This document shows positions 40,077-52,000 of a stretch of 64,000 nucleotides of DNA, piece by piece. Location: assembly GCA_003427395.1 (NCBI GenBank), contig BFEA01000013.1, positions 4,168,168-4,232,167 on the forward strand, given 5' to 3'. Origin of the DNA: Chara braunii. Lineage: Eukaryota; Plantae; Charophyceae. The position numbers and the translations under genes are program-made. The notes beneath the pieces are model-generated. The model saw nothing but the letters and a program-made list of their open reading frames with translations, was not told the origin of the DNA and searched no databases. The number at the start of each line of letters is the position of its first letter. The first letter of the stretch is position 1.

Positions 40077-40657
40077 GCATGCGTGCTCTACTCCTGGTTG
40101 GTCGGCATGGTGACCGTGACCCAGTGCTTCGTCCAGGGCCCCTTCAAATAGCAACACCCTCTCCTTCCAGATGCTCCACGTGAACAATGCCGACTCTCAA
40201 GGTTGAGCGCACTCGACTCCTCACATGAGAGGACTCTCAAGACAAAACACACATCCTCACGTAAGAAGTGTCAAAGAGGGTAGATAATGTTAAGAGCAAC
40301 GTACCTCAAGATAGCTGCCTCCAACCACTAATATTCTCACTAGATGACCTGACGCCGATTGTGATGGCATGCGTGCTCTACTCCCGGTGGGTTGACATGG
40401 TGACCGTGACCAAGTGCTTCGTCTAGGGTCCCTTCAGATGGCAACGCCCTCGCCTTCCAGATGCTCCACGTGAACAACGCCGACTCTGAAGGTTGAGCAC
40501 ACTCGACTCCTCACATGAGAGGACTCTCAAGACAGAACACACATCCTCGCGGTAAGAAGTGTTGAAGAGGGTAGATAAGGTTAAGAGCAACGTACTTCAA
40601 AATAGCTGCCCCCAACCACATATATTCTCACTAGATGACCTTACGTCAATTGTGATG
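40077..40657. repeat. ~290-bp diverged tandem duplication in the retroelement leader
   Basis: Units start at 40077 and 40367. The related element has a single copy (~11053-11345). Confidence 0.9.
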
Positions 40658-42422
40658 ATCAATCATTGCCTCGGCACAACCAGCATTATAGCGCCGTTCC
40701 ACCTCACCATCAATCGCACATCAGATAGTTCTCATCACACTGCGAAACACCCAATATCACCACGCAGCCTTCCAGGTGATACCCCTCTCCACCTGGGTCG
40801 CCTACTTGCCTTCCCCCTCCTCACTGCACGCTACCCACCGTCGCTCACCCAGCTAACCGCGTGCATGCACCGCATAAGCAGAAGACAAGTGCAATGTACC
40901 ACAACTCCGATACCAAAATGTAAGGAAAATGAGCGATAGAAAAATCCAGAAACCAAGCAGCATCATACACATGAAACCAGATAGTCTTGACCTCGAAACA
41001 AAAGTAGAATTGCAACTCGAGTTCCACCAAATAAGAGCACAGCAAAAGCTCACAAGTGACAATGTTGGAATAGTCAATGTCGAATCCCTATCTGGCGCTC
41101 AACACCCAGACTACGAAGGGCAGATCCTATCTAGCCTATCTACAATGCCACTGGTGACGTCAACAGCTTCTCGAAGTCCGAGCACATCTCGGCCAATGTC
41201 GTTCGCATCAAGCACCAGGTATGTCCCTCGCTTCACTCACAACCTTGATCCTCCACACAGATGCCACATGCACCGATGCCACATGCACCCAAGGACCACC
41301 ATGTGCCCCATCCAGCAACGCGCAGGCCAGCCCGGCTATGGCTGCCTGCTTCTTCCCTGCTCGCCTGTGAGCGCGTAGGCACTCGCTCCAGCAGCTGGCG
41401 CAGCAGCGCTTGCGCATAAGCAGCGAGTGCCCGAATGCCAAATGTGGAGGCAGGCACTTTCCTTTGTGGAAGTGGCCTGCCTGCTGCGTGCTACCTGGCT
41501 GCGCTGGGGCCCTGCCCAGAAGCTTCCGATAGGCCCCAAGTGGCTGAGGCCAGAGTATTCCGCAGGGCCCCGGGTGGTTACACGTGTCTAACTGCCGTGC
41601 GTGCTGCATGCAGTTTGTGCCTCGTGTCTGTCCCAGGGCCTGTGCCCAAAAACATAGGAAGGGCCTAGAAGCCCTTGACCGGATACTGTTGCCCACGGCC
41701 TGGGTCCATTCAACCAACTGACGCAGCATAGCTGTCTGAGCCCCTCTTTGCGAAAAAGGACAAAATAGGCCTCATGTGAGTTTACAGGGCTGCCTTCACT
41801 TAGGGCAGCCACCCTTGATGAAAGGCCCAGGATGCTCAGGGCGGGCTGTGGCCGACCTACAGCACACACTAAACTTTCACTCTCGCAGGATTAGGGTCCC
41901 ACTGGGTACCTATGCCCCTAGGTAGGCCGGCAAGCCTTACCACTTCCCCGCTAGGGGGAGGAGCCTTTCCTCCAGGAGAGATCGGTCTCTGACTCATCAA
42001 TCAACAGACAGATCAAATTGACGACAGTAAGTGCGACTACTGACTCAAACGACGAGATGATATCAACAAAAATCGACTTGCAGCAGAGGTATCCAGGGAA
42101 ATTCGTGCGAAGATACCATTCACAACAAAATCACGATCCAGAATTGGCAAGGCCAGGGCAAGAAGCACTTCACTAATCTTGGTTGCGCTCCATCGAAGAT
42201 GCTCCATGGTCGTTTCTCAACTCCTGCCCCTTCTACTTCTGCCCTCAACTCCAATCAGAACCCGATATATTTATATAATATATATATACTGTTTGATGAT
42301 ATATATATATGTATACCGTCAAACGGAGCTACCCGATAATATAGGTAAATATATTGCCAAACAGAGTTGCCCGGTAAACCGTAGGTAGAGAGGGAGAAGA
42401 GGACAACAAACGAGGGGTTGTG

Positions 42423-42482
42423 ACAAACTGTTTCATCGGAGTTTCACCGACTCATCAGGAGGCTAAACCCTTAACAGTCTGC
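42423..42482 (-). ncRNA. Type III hammerhead ribozyme, decayed copy
   Basis: - strand: GCAGACTGT T AAGG GTTTAG CCTC CTGATGA GTCGG TGAAACT CCGAT GAA ACAGTTTGT. One stem I mismatch. Confidence 0.8.
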
Positions 42483-42898
42483 AGAATGCCCTAACTGATT
42501 ACATTGTAAGTGATATTTGTGGTTAAGCATCAACAACTGACCGACAACTGATACCTTGAGGTGGGCACCAACCACTGCCCTCAAGGTACCTGTGATGAAA
42601 ATCAAAGTAGACTATCACTCACCCACACTAGATAGAAAACTCTACAAACTACCATTTCACACCTCATCACAAACCAGCAAAACATCCACGAAACAAAGAA
42701 AGGTCTATCACAACCAAAAAATACACTCTAGACACGCCGCGAGCACTAGAGGCACAGCATGGTCGTGTAGTGACGGCCCTGACCACTGCCGCTCAACCTG
42801 ACCGGAGAAAACCGTAGCAGCGTGCTTGCGAAGTCATGGTATATATCATCAAACAAAGCTGCCCGATAAACCGTATATATGTTTGACGATTGTTATTA

Positions 42899-43290
42899 TC
42901 CTATCCCTTAAGGAGCATTGGTCGCGGGGGGAGGTTGATGGTTCGCTGCACGTCGGATTCGGGGTCGAAGTTTTGACGAGGGGCGGTGGATGAAGGCGAC
43001 CCAAGGCGAGGGAGTGCGCAGAGGGGCACGCGTACCAACATGTTCGTTGCGCTCCACTAAACAAGAGAGCACGCCCATGGGGTCGGGCGGCGGCAGGCAT
43101 AGATGCGAGGGAATATCTTGAAGCACACGGCGTCGTGCATTTTTTTTTTTTCGTTTTTGTTTTTTGTTCGTCACTTAGCGTGGCACAATTTCTTTTTTTT
43201 CTTTCTCTTTGTCGCTCGTCGTTTTCACGCCGCGGATTTTTTTTTCCTTTCTCTTTTTCATTCGTTGTTTCGTGTGGCACGTTTCTTTGT
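42899..43290 (+). mobile_element. Probable Helitron 5' terminal segment
   Basis: Begins A|TCCTATCCCTTAAG. Homologous in reverse to 59474-59871, and the similarity stops exactly at the TC. Confidence 0.55.
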
Positions 43291-43358
43291 TTGCTGCCCT
43301 ATAAACCGTATATATGTTTGACAATATATATGTATATACAATATTATACATATATATA

Positions 43359-43384
43359 CTAGCTAAGCGCCTGCGGTGCAGGCG
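43359..43384 (-). mobile_element. Helitron 3' terminus
   Basis: - strand hairpin CGCCTGC-ACC-GCAGGCG, then CTTAG CTAG|T. This is the canonical hairpin + CTRR + target T. Confidence 0.7.
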
Positions 43385-43911
43385 GTGTGGGCCATGCCCG
43401 CAAAAATAAGAAATATTGTAGGCAACCTGACACGGACCATTCGCATAAACTGAGATAAACTTGAAGAAAAAAAAAACGAATCACAGGATAAAAAAGAATT
43501 GCCTAAAACTGACTACAAAGTCTGAGTTTAATTCATGAATTAAAAAGTGAAAAAAAAAAACAAAAAAAACGGAGAAAATGCGAGGAGAGACATAGACAGA
43601 CAAAGAGAGAGAGAAAGAAAGAAAAAGATGGAGATAGAGATAGAGAGAGAGAGAGAGATAGAGAGAGAGAGGGAGAGAGAGAGAACTGGAGAAACATATA
43701 AAGAGAGAGAGAGAGAGACGGGAGCAACAAAAGAGCAAAGGATAAAGGAAGACGAACACGAGTATACAAAGAAAAAAAAATTCATATGAAGATTTTTCGT
43801 TCCGTTACAGTAAGCAAGTGGCCGCAGTATGATCAAGGCACAATTATCGCGTAGTGGAATCAACGTCGACTTAAAAAAATGCAATAATATTACGTCAAAA
43901 TTATTTAAGTC

Positions 43912-43998
<87 letters not shown>

Positions 43999-46703
43999 CA
44001 TTTGGTTCTCTCTCCTCCCATATCTCTGGTAGGGGCAATCACGTAATTGAAACCGAAGATAACTATCTAAAAATTTGTCATTAAGGCAAGCGCTGGACGA
44101 CCACCCAATGAACATCCCTCTCTTCCTATATCTCTCATAAGAAAAATCAACTTCCTTCGCTGGAACGATACTCTTGCAGCACCTCACGAACAAAAACTCG
44201 TTGCAACACTTTGCGACGATACTCCTCGAAAGTTTCGAATCGACCATGTCCTTGCTGATTGTAATCGAGATGAATTACAACATCCACAAACCTCCAAGCG
44301 TTCATGCTCATATTCAATTCCTCTTCTGCTTCCACAATATCTTGAATCCTATAAGCATTGTCAAGATGAGACAGGTGTAGAAGTATCTTTTTGGGACCAA
44401 TAGATTTAAGAGAGTCATATATCGCAATGTTAAAATTAGAAGAACTCGGTTGTCCTAAGGGTCCTGTATGGACATGTATATGTTCCGTTGATGGTGTAAC
44501 AGCGGGCACCACACATCTGGTAGGAGACGGAGTAGTCGTAGCAGCCGGCAAAGCAGACACAACAACAAAGGTAGTGACAATCAGCGTTGACATATTGGAC
44601 GGTAGAGCAAAATTCGCAAGACGTTGAAAATTTGGAGGAGATGCTGCTTGAAGGGGGAGTCTACGGACTGGAGCGGAATGAGGAGTAGAAGAAGCAACCA
44701 CGGGAGGAATCCTTTTGATAAGGTTCTGTATCCGCGCATATCTGTGAAAGGGATGAGGAATTGTTCCTTCGGTCGGACAATGTTGCAAATGAATTGTCAT
44801 TTTGGTAATCTCCTCATTAGAGAGAATAATGAACTCATCGTTCAAAAGCGATTGCAACATAGAAGAAGCCTCCAAATCCGAAACATTCAACGGGCGTGAA
44901 GGAAGAAAGGATCGTCATTCCAACGACATATCAATGAGTTTTTTTCATTTCCAGTCAAAAAAGTTTTCTCATATTCGTCCATCTTTGACGATTGTGGCAC
45001 TTTTGACAAACATTTCAAAAAGCACCTCAGTCAAGATATTTTGCATGTCAACTTTCCTCGCATCGTCAAACCATCTAGCAAGGTAAGCACACGGATTTGG
45101 AGTGCGGACTCTGGTGCATCGTTGTCGAGCGCATCGGTGCGGCACCGCACAAGGCAGCGAGGGACCCTCCCGGCCGCGTCACGCAGGAGTTGGTCTATAT
45201 CCTCGTCGGGAATATACGTGGAGCTTCCGCAAGCCGCTCCGGCCGAGTGCACCAGCCATACCTCCCGCGAGCCCCTACGACAGGATAGGGCCTACGTGAG
45301 GCACGACTTACCTCCACCTTACAAGAGCTATCACCTCCCTTCGGTGGGCGTATCCCCGCCGAGCTACCAGTCCACAGTACGAAAGTTGATCAGTTGCAAT
45401 CGCAGAGGTGGACCAGCCGAGGGCGTTTCTCGCTCGTTGTAGCATAGGGGGTACGCGCGGTATTACGCCTCTATCGGACCCGCATGCGAACCGACGCCTT
45501 GGGGGGGTTGAGGTCCCAAGCGCGGTTTGTCGTCGGTCGACTAGGATGCGTCCCACTCACCACGCATACACCGCACTACGAACACAAAAATAACCACACA
45601 CACACACACACATCAAACAACGCTACAACACTCCTAGTCCCTTCAGTAGCTATCCCATAACCTTCTGTCGCGAAAATTTGATAGGCGTCGCGCGCGAGAT
45701 TTAGTATAAAACCGCGTGGGCGCAGGGCTACTCATATCGACTAGCAATGCAATCATTCGCAAGCAGTCGCAATGATAGCGCACTATGTAGTGCCCATAAT
45801 CAAGCGGTCCCTCGTGGATCCGAGTATCGCTTATGACACTCATGTGTCAGACTCGAAGTATCGTGAGGGTCTACTCCCTCAGGACATTGCACGACTTAAG
45901 GAATAGCCGTGCGACCGCCGCGAGACCTCCGACCTTTGGCCTGAGTGTCCCGGTAGGCAAGGCAAATAGGCTCTACCCGAGAGGTAATCCCTTCTCTGCA
46001 AAGTCTAGGGCCTGGGATGTCCTGGATAAGGACCTTGAACCCGGGCCCAAGACCAACGTCCGACTAAGAAATCCTTAAGAAGTATTCGACAATAAAGCGG
46101 GGCTTTCATCACAACCCTTATTTAATCCTTAAGCGTAGACCCCTCAGGCCACGCGAACACCCAACATAGATACACGTATATATATGTATATATATATATA
46201 TATATGTGACGATATATATATATATATATATGAGTCGGTGAAACTCCGACGAAACAGTTTGTCACAGCCCCTCGTTTGTTGTCCTCTTCTCCCTCTCTNN
46301 NNNNNNNNNNNNNNNNNNNNNNNNNNNNNNNNNNNNNNNNNNNNNNNNNNNNNNNNNNNNNNNNNNNNNNNNNNNNNNNNNNNNNNNNNNNNNNNNNNNN
46401 NNNNNNNNNNNNNNNNNNNNNNNNNNNNNNNNNNNNNNNNNNNNNNNNNNNNNNNNNNNNNNNNNNNNNNNNNNNNNNNNNNNNNNNNNNNNNNNNNNNN
46501 NNNNNNNNNNNNNNNNNNNNNNNNNNNNNNNNNNNNNNNNNNNNNNNNNNNNNNNNNNNNNNNNNNNNNNNNNNNNNNNNNNNNNNNNNNNNNNNNNNNN
46601 NNNCAGTCTGTAGAGTTTTCCATCTGGTGTGGGTGAGTGATAGTCTACTTTGATTTTGGTTAAGGTAGATTATCATTTACAGTGTAATCAGTGAGGGGAT
46701 TCT

Positions 46704-46763
46704 GCAGACTGTTGAGGGTTCAGCCTCCTGATGAGTCGGTGAAACTCTGACGAAACAGTTTGT
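46704..46763 (+). ncRNA. Type III hammerhead ribozyme
   Basis: Stem III GCAGACTGT/ACAGTTTGT, cleavage triplet GTT (after 46713), stem I GAGG/CCTC, CTGATGA core, stem II GTCGG/CTGAC, GAAA. Confidence 0.88.
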
Positions 46764-47644
46764 CACAGCCCCTCGTTTGTTGTCCTCTTCTCCCTCTCTG
46801 CCTACGGTTTACCGGGCAGTTCTATTTGACGATATATATATATGTGACGATATATATATGAGTCGGTGAAACTCTGACGAAACGGTTTGTCACAGCCCCT
46901 CGTTTGTTGTCCTCTTCTCTCTCTCTGCCTACGGTTTACCGGGCAGTTCTGTTTGTGACGATATATATATAATAAAATATGTGACGATCACTTCTCACAA
47001 TCACAGTGGGACTCCTCACAGCCATATATATGTTTGTGATCGCAGGCAGTCAAATCCAAATCCGAGTCATGGTACATACCAACAATCACATCAAAGAGTC
47101 AAACAAAAATCCATGCACTACACGGAGTCAATTGCGACCAATCTCTATACTCATACCCCTCGCTTTAGCCATGCAAGCCCCAGCCTTTGTCCAACCAACC
47201 ATAATTAAATACTCAGTACCTTTGTTAAATGGCCATTCAATAAAAGTTTGGGTGAAACCTTAATAAAACAATAAAATCACTAAGGCTAAAGCCTTTCAGG
47301 TTGGGTATTGAAGGTGAATTGGAGTTGAGTCGTAAACCAACGAATCGGCAACCGACCTGTTATCAGTGATAACAAAAGGCGATCCTTATAGGATCAAGTT
47401 GAATCTAGTCCTGATCTCAAGTCAAACGTCCAGAAAGACATGTAACGTAAGACAGACCAATCCCAAGCTCGAACTACAAGTCCGTGGAGACTAATCTCCA
47501 CACCATAATCCCACCAAATTTCGTTCTACTTACCCAAGTCTGAGCCTACCTCTAAGCAAGTGCCCAAAGAAAAGGTAGACTTTTGGCAGGATTTTCCCTA
47601 TTCAGGGTGGATTGCCAGTGTCGTCACCTGTCAAAATATAATCT

Positions 47645-47955
47645 AACTCCTTTAACTAAGAAAATTTCGGCAGCGCTTCCCGTAGGAGAAATGTCTTTTT
47701 AGAATTTATATCACCCCGAATATGAAAACAAAAATAGTCTTTAACTTTCCAAAGTCAAATTTTGTCTAACTCCCTGAATTAGCAGAAATTTGGGCAGCAT
47801 TCCCTTTAGAAAGGGAGACTTTCCAGATTTTTACTATGCCATATATGAACTCTAGACAAATTGAACTTTGAAAGGCCAAAATTTGATGAACTCCCTAGAT
47901 TTGCAGAAATTTCAGCAGCGCTCCCTGTAGGGAAAGTGACTTACCAAGATTTATA
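47645..47955. repeat. Three diverged ~122-bp repeats
   Basis: AACTCC...AAATTTSRGCAGC..TCCC...GG units at 47645, 47768 and 47889. Confidence 0.7.
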
Positions 47956-48246
47956 CAAGTCCAAGTATAATAAACGACCCAGAAAATGCGGAAACTGACC
48001 TAAATAAAATAAAGTCAACTAAAAAAATGCAGAAATTGAACTAACTCCTATCGCTCTAGCACGTGGTGAGCCTCTAAAGCAACTACCTGTCAAGATGAAA
48101 CTCAGACTAAGTAGTCATCTCACTCAGTCACATGCAGGCCAAACCACAAAGGTAAGTACTCTCACCAACCCAAATTACCTTTGGCAAACAATAGTTCATA
48201 GTCCCTTAATGATTTATCCCTTTATCCCCGACTTACATAGGGCATC

Positions 48247-49064
48247 GAGTTAGGTCATTCATCTTAGAAACAATGCCAACTTTTTGCCTTAGTTATACAC
48301 GAACAGGTTGCACAACTACTTTTCTCTTCCTTGGGCATATAACTAAGCCATTCGTCTTAGAAACAATGTTTAGTCGCCCTGATCTGTTTAAATAGCCAAG
48401 TTATATATACTTCTCTGAACTTAATCTTCAAAAGTGGGCGTAGGACTGAGTCATTCATCCTAGAAACAATGCTCAGCCGGCCCAAGTTACCTTCAATTAT
48501 AGCTCTTAGTTATACTCTCTTGATTAGTGATAAGGCTATAATCAGACCATTTATCTTAGAAACAATGTCTGGCTAGCCTTGTTCTTATACACATATAGAT
48601 ATAGTAATATAGAAAGTCATATTCCTTTGTTCATATTATAATCTTGTGGCCTCAGACTTAGACCATTCATCTTAGAAACAATGTCCAGTCTTTGGCCTGA
48701 ACCTCCCCTCAGAATAAAACAACCAAAAGAGTTGGACCATTTGTCTTAGAAACAATGCTCAACCCTTTTTTCTCAGCACAAAAAAAGAAGAGTACCCTGG
48801 GTCAAGACCCAGAGACTATTCAGAAACCACCCAAAATAAACAGCGACCAGACCATTCATCTCAGAAACAATGTCTGGTCCTCAAAGTTTGCTCAGTCAAT
48901 ATCCCAAAGAAACAATAACCAGGCCATTCATCTTAGAAACAATGCATGGTTAAATTAAATAAACACAGCGACCAAGCCATTCATCTTAGAAACAATGCTT
49001 GGCTCTTCAGAAAACAGAACAAAATACAACAGTCAGACCATTCATCTTAGAAACAATGCCTGAC
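48247..49064. repeat. Array of ten stem-loops with a conserved 20-nt core CATTCATCTTAGAAACAATG and unique spacers
   Basis: Cores start at 48256, 48349, 48452, 48548, 48664, 48738, 48853, 48925, 48978 and 49039. Each is flanked by its own short inverted repeat. Confidence 0.93.
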
Positions 49065-52000
49065 CCTATAAAACTCATTCAAACACAAGCAAAATTGCCT
49101 TCCTCTCAGCCTTCCCCCTGATGCAACCCCTTTTCCACAATCTGCTTTCCAGACAAACAACAAAAGCTGAAACTGAAAAATTATGTACACATTATTTTAC
49201 TTAGTCTGGGTTAGGTCCTGAAAGTCAAACTGAAAGTCAAAGTAGGGGTGCACTCAACACACTCAGTCAGATACATAAAAAAAATGTATAACTAGGGGTT
49301 ATAACTGGGTTTATAAGGGAAAGCAATGGTTACCTCTGAGTTCCCTGCCTCCAGAACTCCTCCTGAGTCCCGGAAGAGCTCCCGCAATCGGTGGGCTGAC
49401 TCCCCACAGAGTCTTGCTACAGTCCTAGGGGTTGCAATCCCGCCTGCCGCCTTCCTCTCAGAACCAATAGACTAGACTTAGAGTAAGAAGGGCAGAAGAA
49501 GATAGATTTGAGACTCTCAGATCCAAGAATGGTGCGCTCAGACTCGCGAGAGAGGACCTTTGAATCTTCAGCGCCTAAGGGCCCCGCAATGATGGCCAAA
49601 ATCAGCAGCAGCCCGGTCAAATCTAAGCCAAACTGCCAAAGCTAGCTCCCTGACGACTTCCCAAGTCGCAGCAACAACTCCCTTCGCAAGCTTGATTACG
49701 CCTCCTTTCCCCGTGGTTCCACTGCAGTCCCCCGATGCTAAACAAATGCACTCCCAGCACCGCAACAGTCCGTAGTAGGCTCTCACAGTTTGCCCTGCAG
49801 CTCCTCTGTTCGACAACAGTGACCCCTTCTCCAAAAGACTTAGTCACTCCCTTAAGCTCACGGCCCCAAACACTTTAGCTTTGGGTGAGTTCGCAACCTC
49901 ACAACATGTCTCTAATTAACTCCGCCGGTAAGATGAACAACATCCCAGCTAGCCGGTGGGTTCGTCGTCCCATAGTCGTCTTTGACCGTCCGTATAACAG
50001 GTTGAGTAATACTCAAGCCCGTAGGCAAATACACAACCTTATGGTTGATTCGTAACTATTCCTCCTCCGACCGGCTTAAAAGCACTCCAGCCAGCTGCCT
50101 AGGTCTGCACCTCACAGTTGGTCCTTGCAACTGCTTCGCATGGTAAGTCAGGCAACACTCCAGTCAACAGGTAAGTCTCCGGGCCCTGCCTCTATTCTCT
50201 CCCTTTTCCTGTCTGCAGGGTGCGCAGCACACTGGAGAACAGGAGCTCTGTAATCCCGTTGGTCTCCTTGGTAAGTAGGCCGCTGGAACGGGCAACACAT
50301 TGGCCAACAAGAAGGGGCTCCTCCCTCTGTAGATTGCCTCTTGCTCCACAGGTAAGCTTCCACCCTCTCATCTCGTCTGCAGCTTCTTCGCTTAACAGGC
50401 TGAATAGCACACTGGCTCACCGGTAAGCCACCATCTCGCTATTCACTCGCAGCCACCTTCGTTCGACGCAGTGAGCAGCTCACCAGCCCACAGGCAAGCC
50501 CCCAAGCCTGCGGTTGGCTCCTCACTTCACCACCTTGACGAGGTGAGTAGCGCACAGTTAGTGAATGAGTCCCCGGTCTATAGCCCGTCACTCCTGTCTA
50601 GTGGAATGCGCACCCCAGGCTGTGGCTCGCTTGTGGCTGCCTCTGATTCTCAACACTCCTGGTCGCCTGCTTCTGTCGCATCTGCTTGAAGCTTGAGGAA
50701 TTAAGATCACGAACGGGAAGAAACCCATGGAGAGGAACGATCTGTAATCAACGAAAAGAAGATCGTCGTCCCGACGAGCAACCACCGATTGGCAATAAAA
50801 CTGCGATTTTCCCAACTAGCTTCATAGGATGAGTATGAATCTTTCACTAAAAGTCATGGCCGATGTGCTGCTATCCAGCCATGAACGCAAAGGGATAAAC
50901 GACCTTCGATAGGATATAAGCTAGATCAGAATGAATCTTCCGCTAGAGTATGGGACTATACACTGCCATCCGTATGCGTACATGTGTGTGAGAGGGAGGG
51001 AGAAAGAGAGAGAGAGAGCTTTCTTGTACAACGAGCGACGTGCTGGCTATCAGGTAAGCCCCCAACTCCACTGCCGCCTCATGCTACTCCGCCGATAGGA
51101 TAAGCAAAATTGAATGTACCTTCCGCTAGAACACGGAAAGATACATTGCCAATTCCAAGTCCGCTTCTCCCGCGCGCGGCTCCAGCCTGTCGGACTGCAA
51201 AACACGTTCACTCTTCCGCAGATCTGAGTTTACCATCAGATGCGTGACGCCTGAAAACCCCCGAGCCTCATCTTCACTTGCCCGTTTCCTACTAACTAGC
51301 GATCGAGGTCACCAAATTTTGACCTCACCATCGCTTCTTTACTCCCAAAAAGACTCACATGACTCGACTTTTATCCCACGCCGTTCCGCAGGAGTAAAAC
51401 CCTCCTAGGCGGCCACACCCTTTAAGTCTTTACTCCCTTGGTCAGACGTGGGCCCTCGGCCAGGTTGCGCCGACGTCAAACTATCCCTAGGGGTTATGCC
51501 CTAGTGGTGCTAAAACTTTACCGTTTAGCTTGGTCTTCCTTGTATGCCTCAAGATTAGCACACGTGGCTGGACGGTGTGTCGCATCAATACCTGTCTATC
51601 GCTGGACTACTCATAGGCCTGTCACACATAAAAGGTATTTACCAGCCCTCCGTGGGACAACACAGAGAAAACATGGCAACCTCTCTACATTCACAAAACA
51701 GAATCACTGCCAGATTCACAAGGCCGTGACTTCCCTAACTTAATCGGAGTCAGGAAGTCACACATCTTAATGACACCTCTCAAAAGTGAACCATTGCGAC
51801 ATTGAAATTTCCACCAATGGCCAAACAAAAGCCTGGTCCTCCTCGTCAGTCTTTATCTTTCAAAATCAGTTTTCCATGCCATTAAATCTATTAACCACCT
51901 TTCATGCGAAAGATGTCTCACTCAATAGGTCTCCCAACCATCCCTCTCTTTTTAGGATGAGCTCTCACATGACCTTCCTTTTAAAACATCTTCCTTCTCT

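Larger units (their letters stand above)
32699..41861 (-). mobile_element. Ty3/gypsy chromovirus related to 3699-12695; protease/RT region replaced by foreign sequence and a gap
   Basis: LTRs at 32699-33627 (left end in gap) and 40919-~41860. PBS TGGTATCGGAGT at 40904-40915, PPT at 33628-33638. Gag with CIRCGRYGHTQFKC, RNase H, integrase and chromodomain. Confidence 0.93.

Noticed and set aside
48247-49064. CRISPR array
   Set aside because: Eukaryotic retroelement context, no cas genes, highly variable spacing, and spacer ends that pair across the repeat. Reported as a hairpin array instead.
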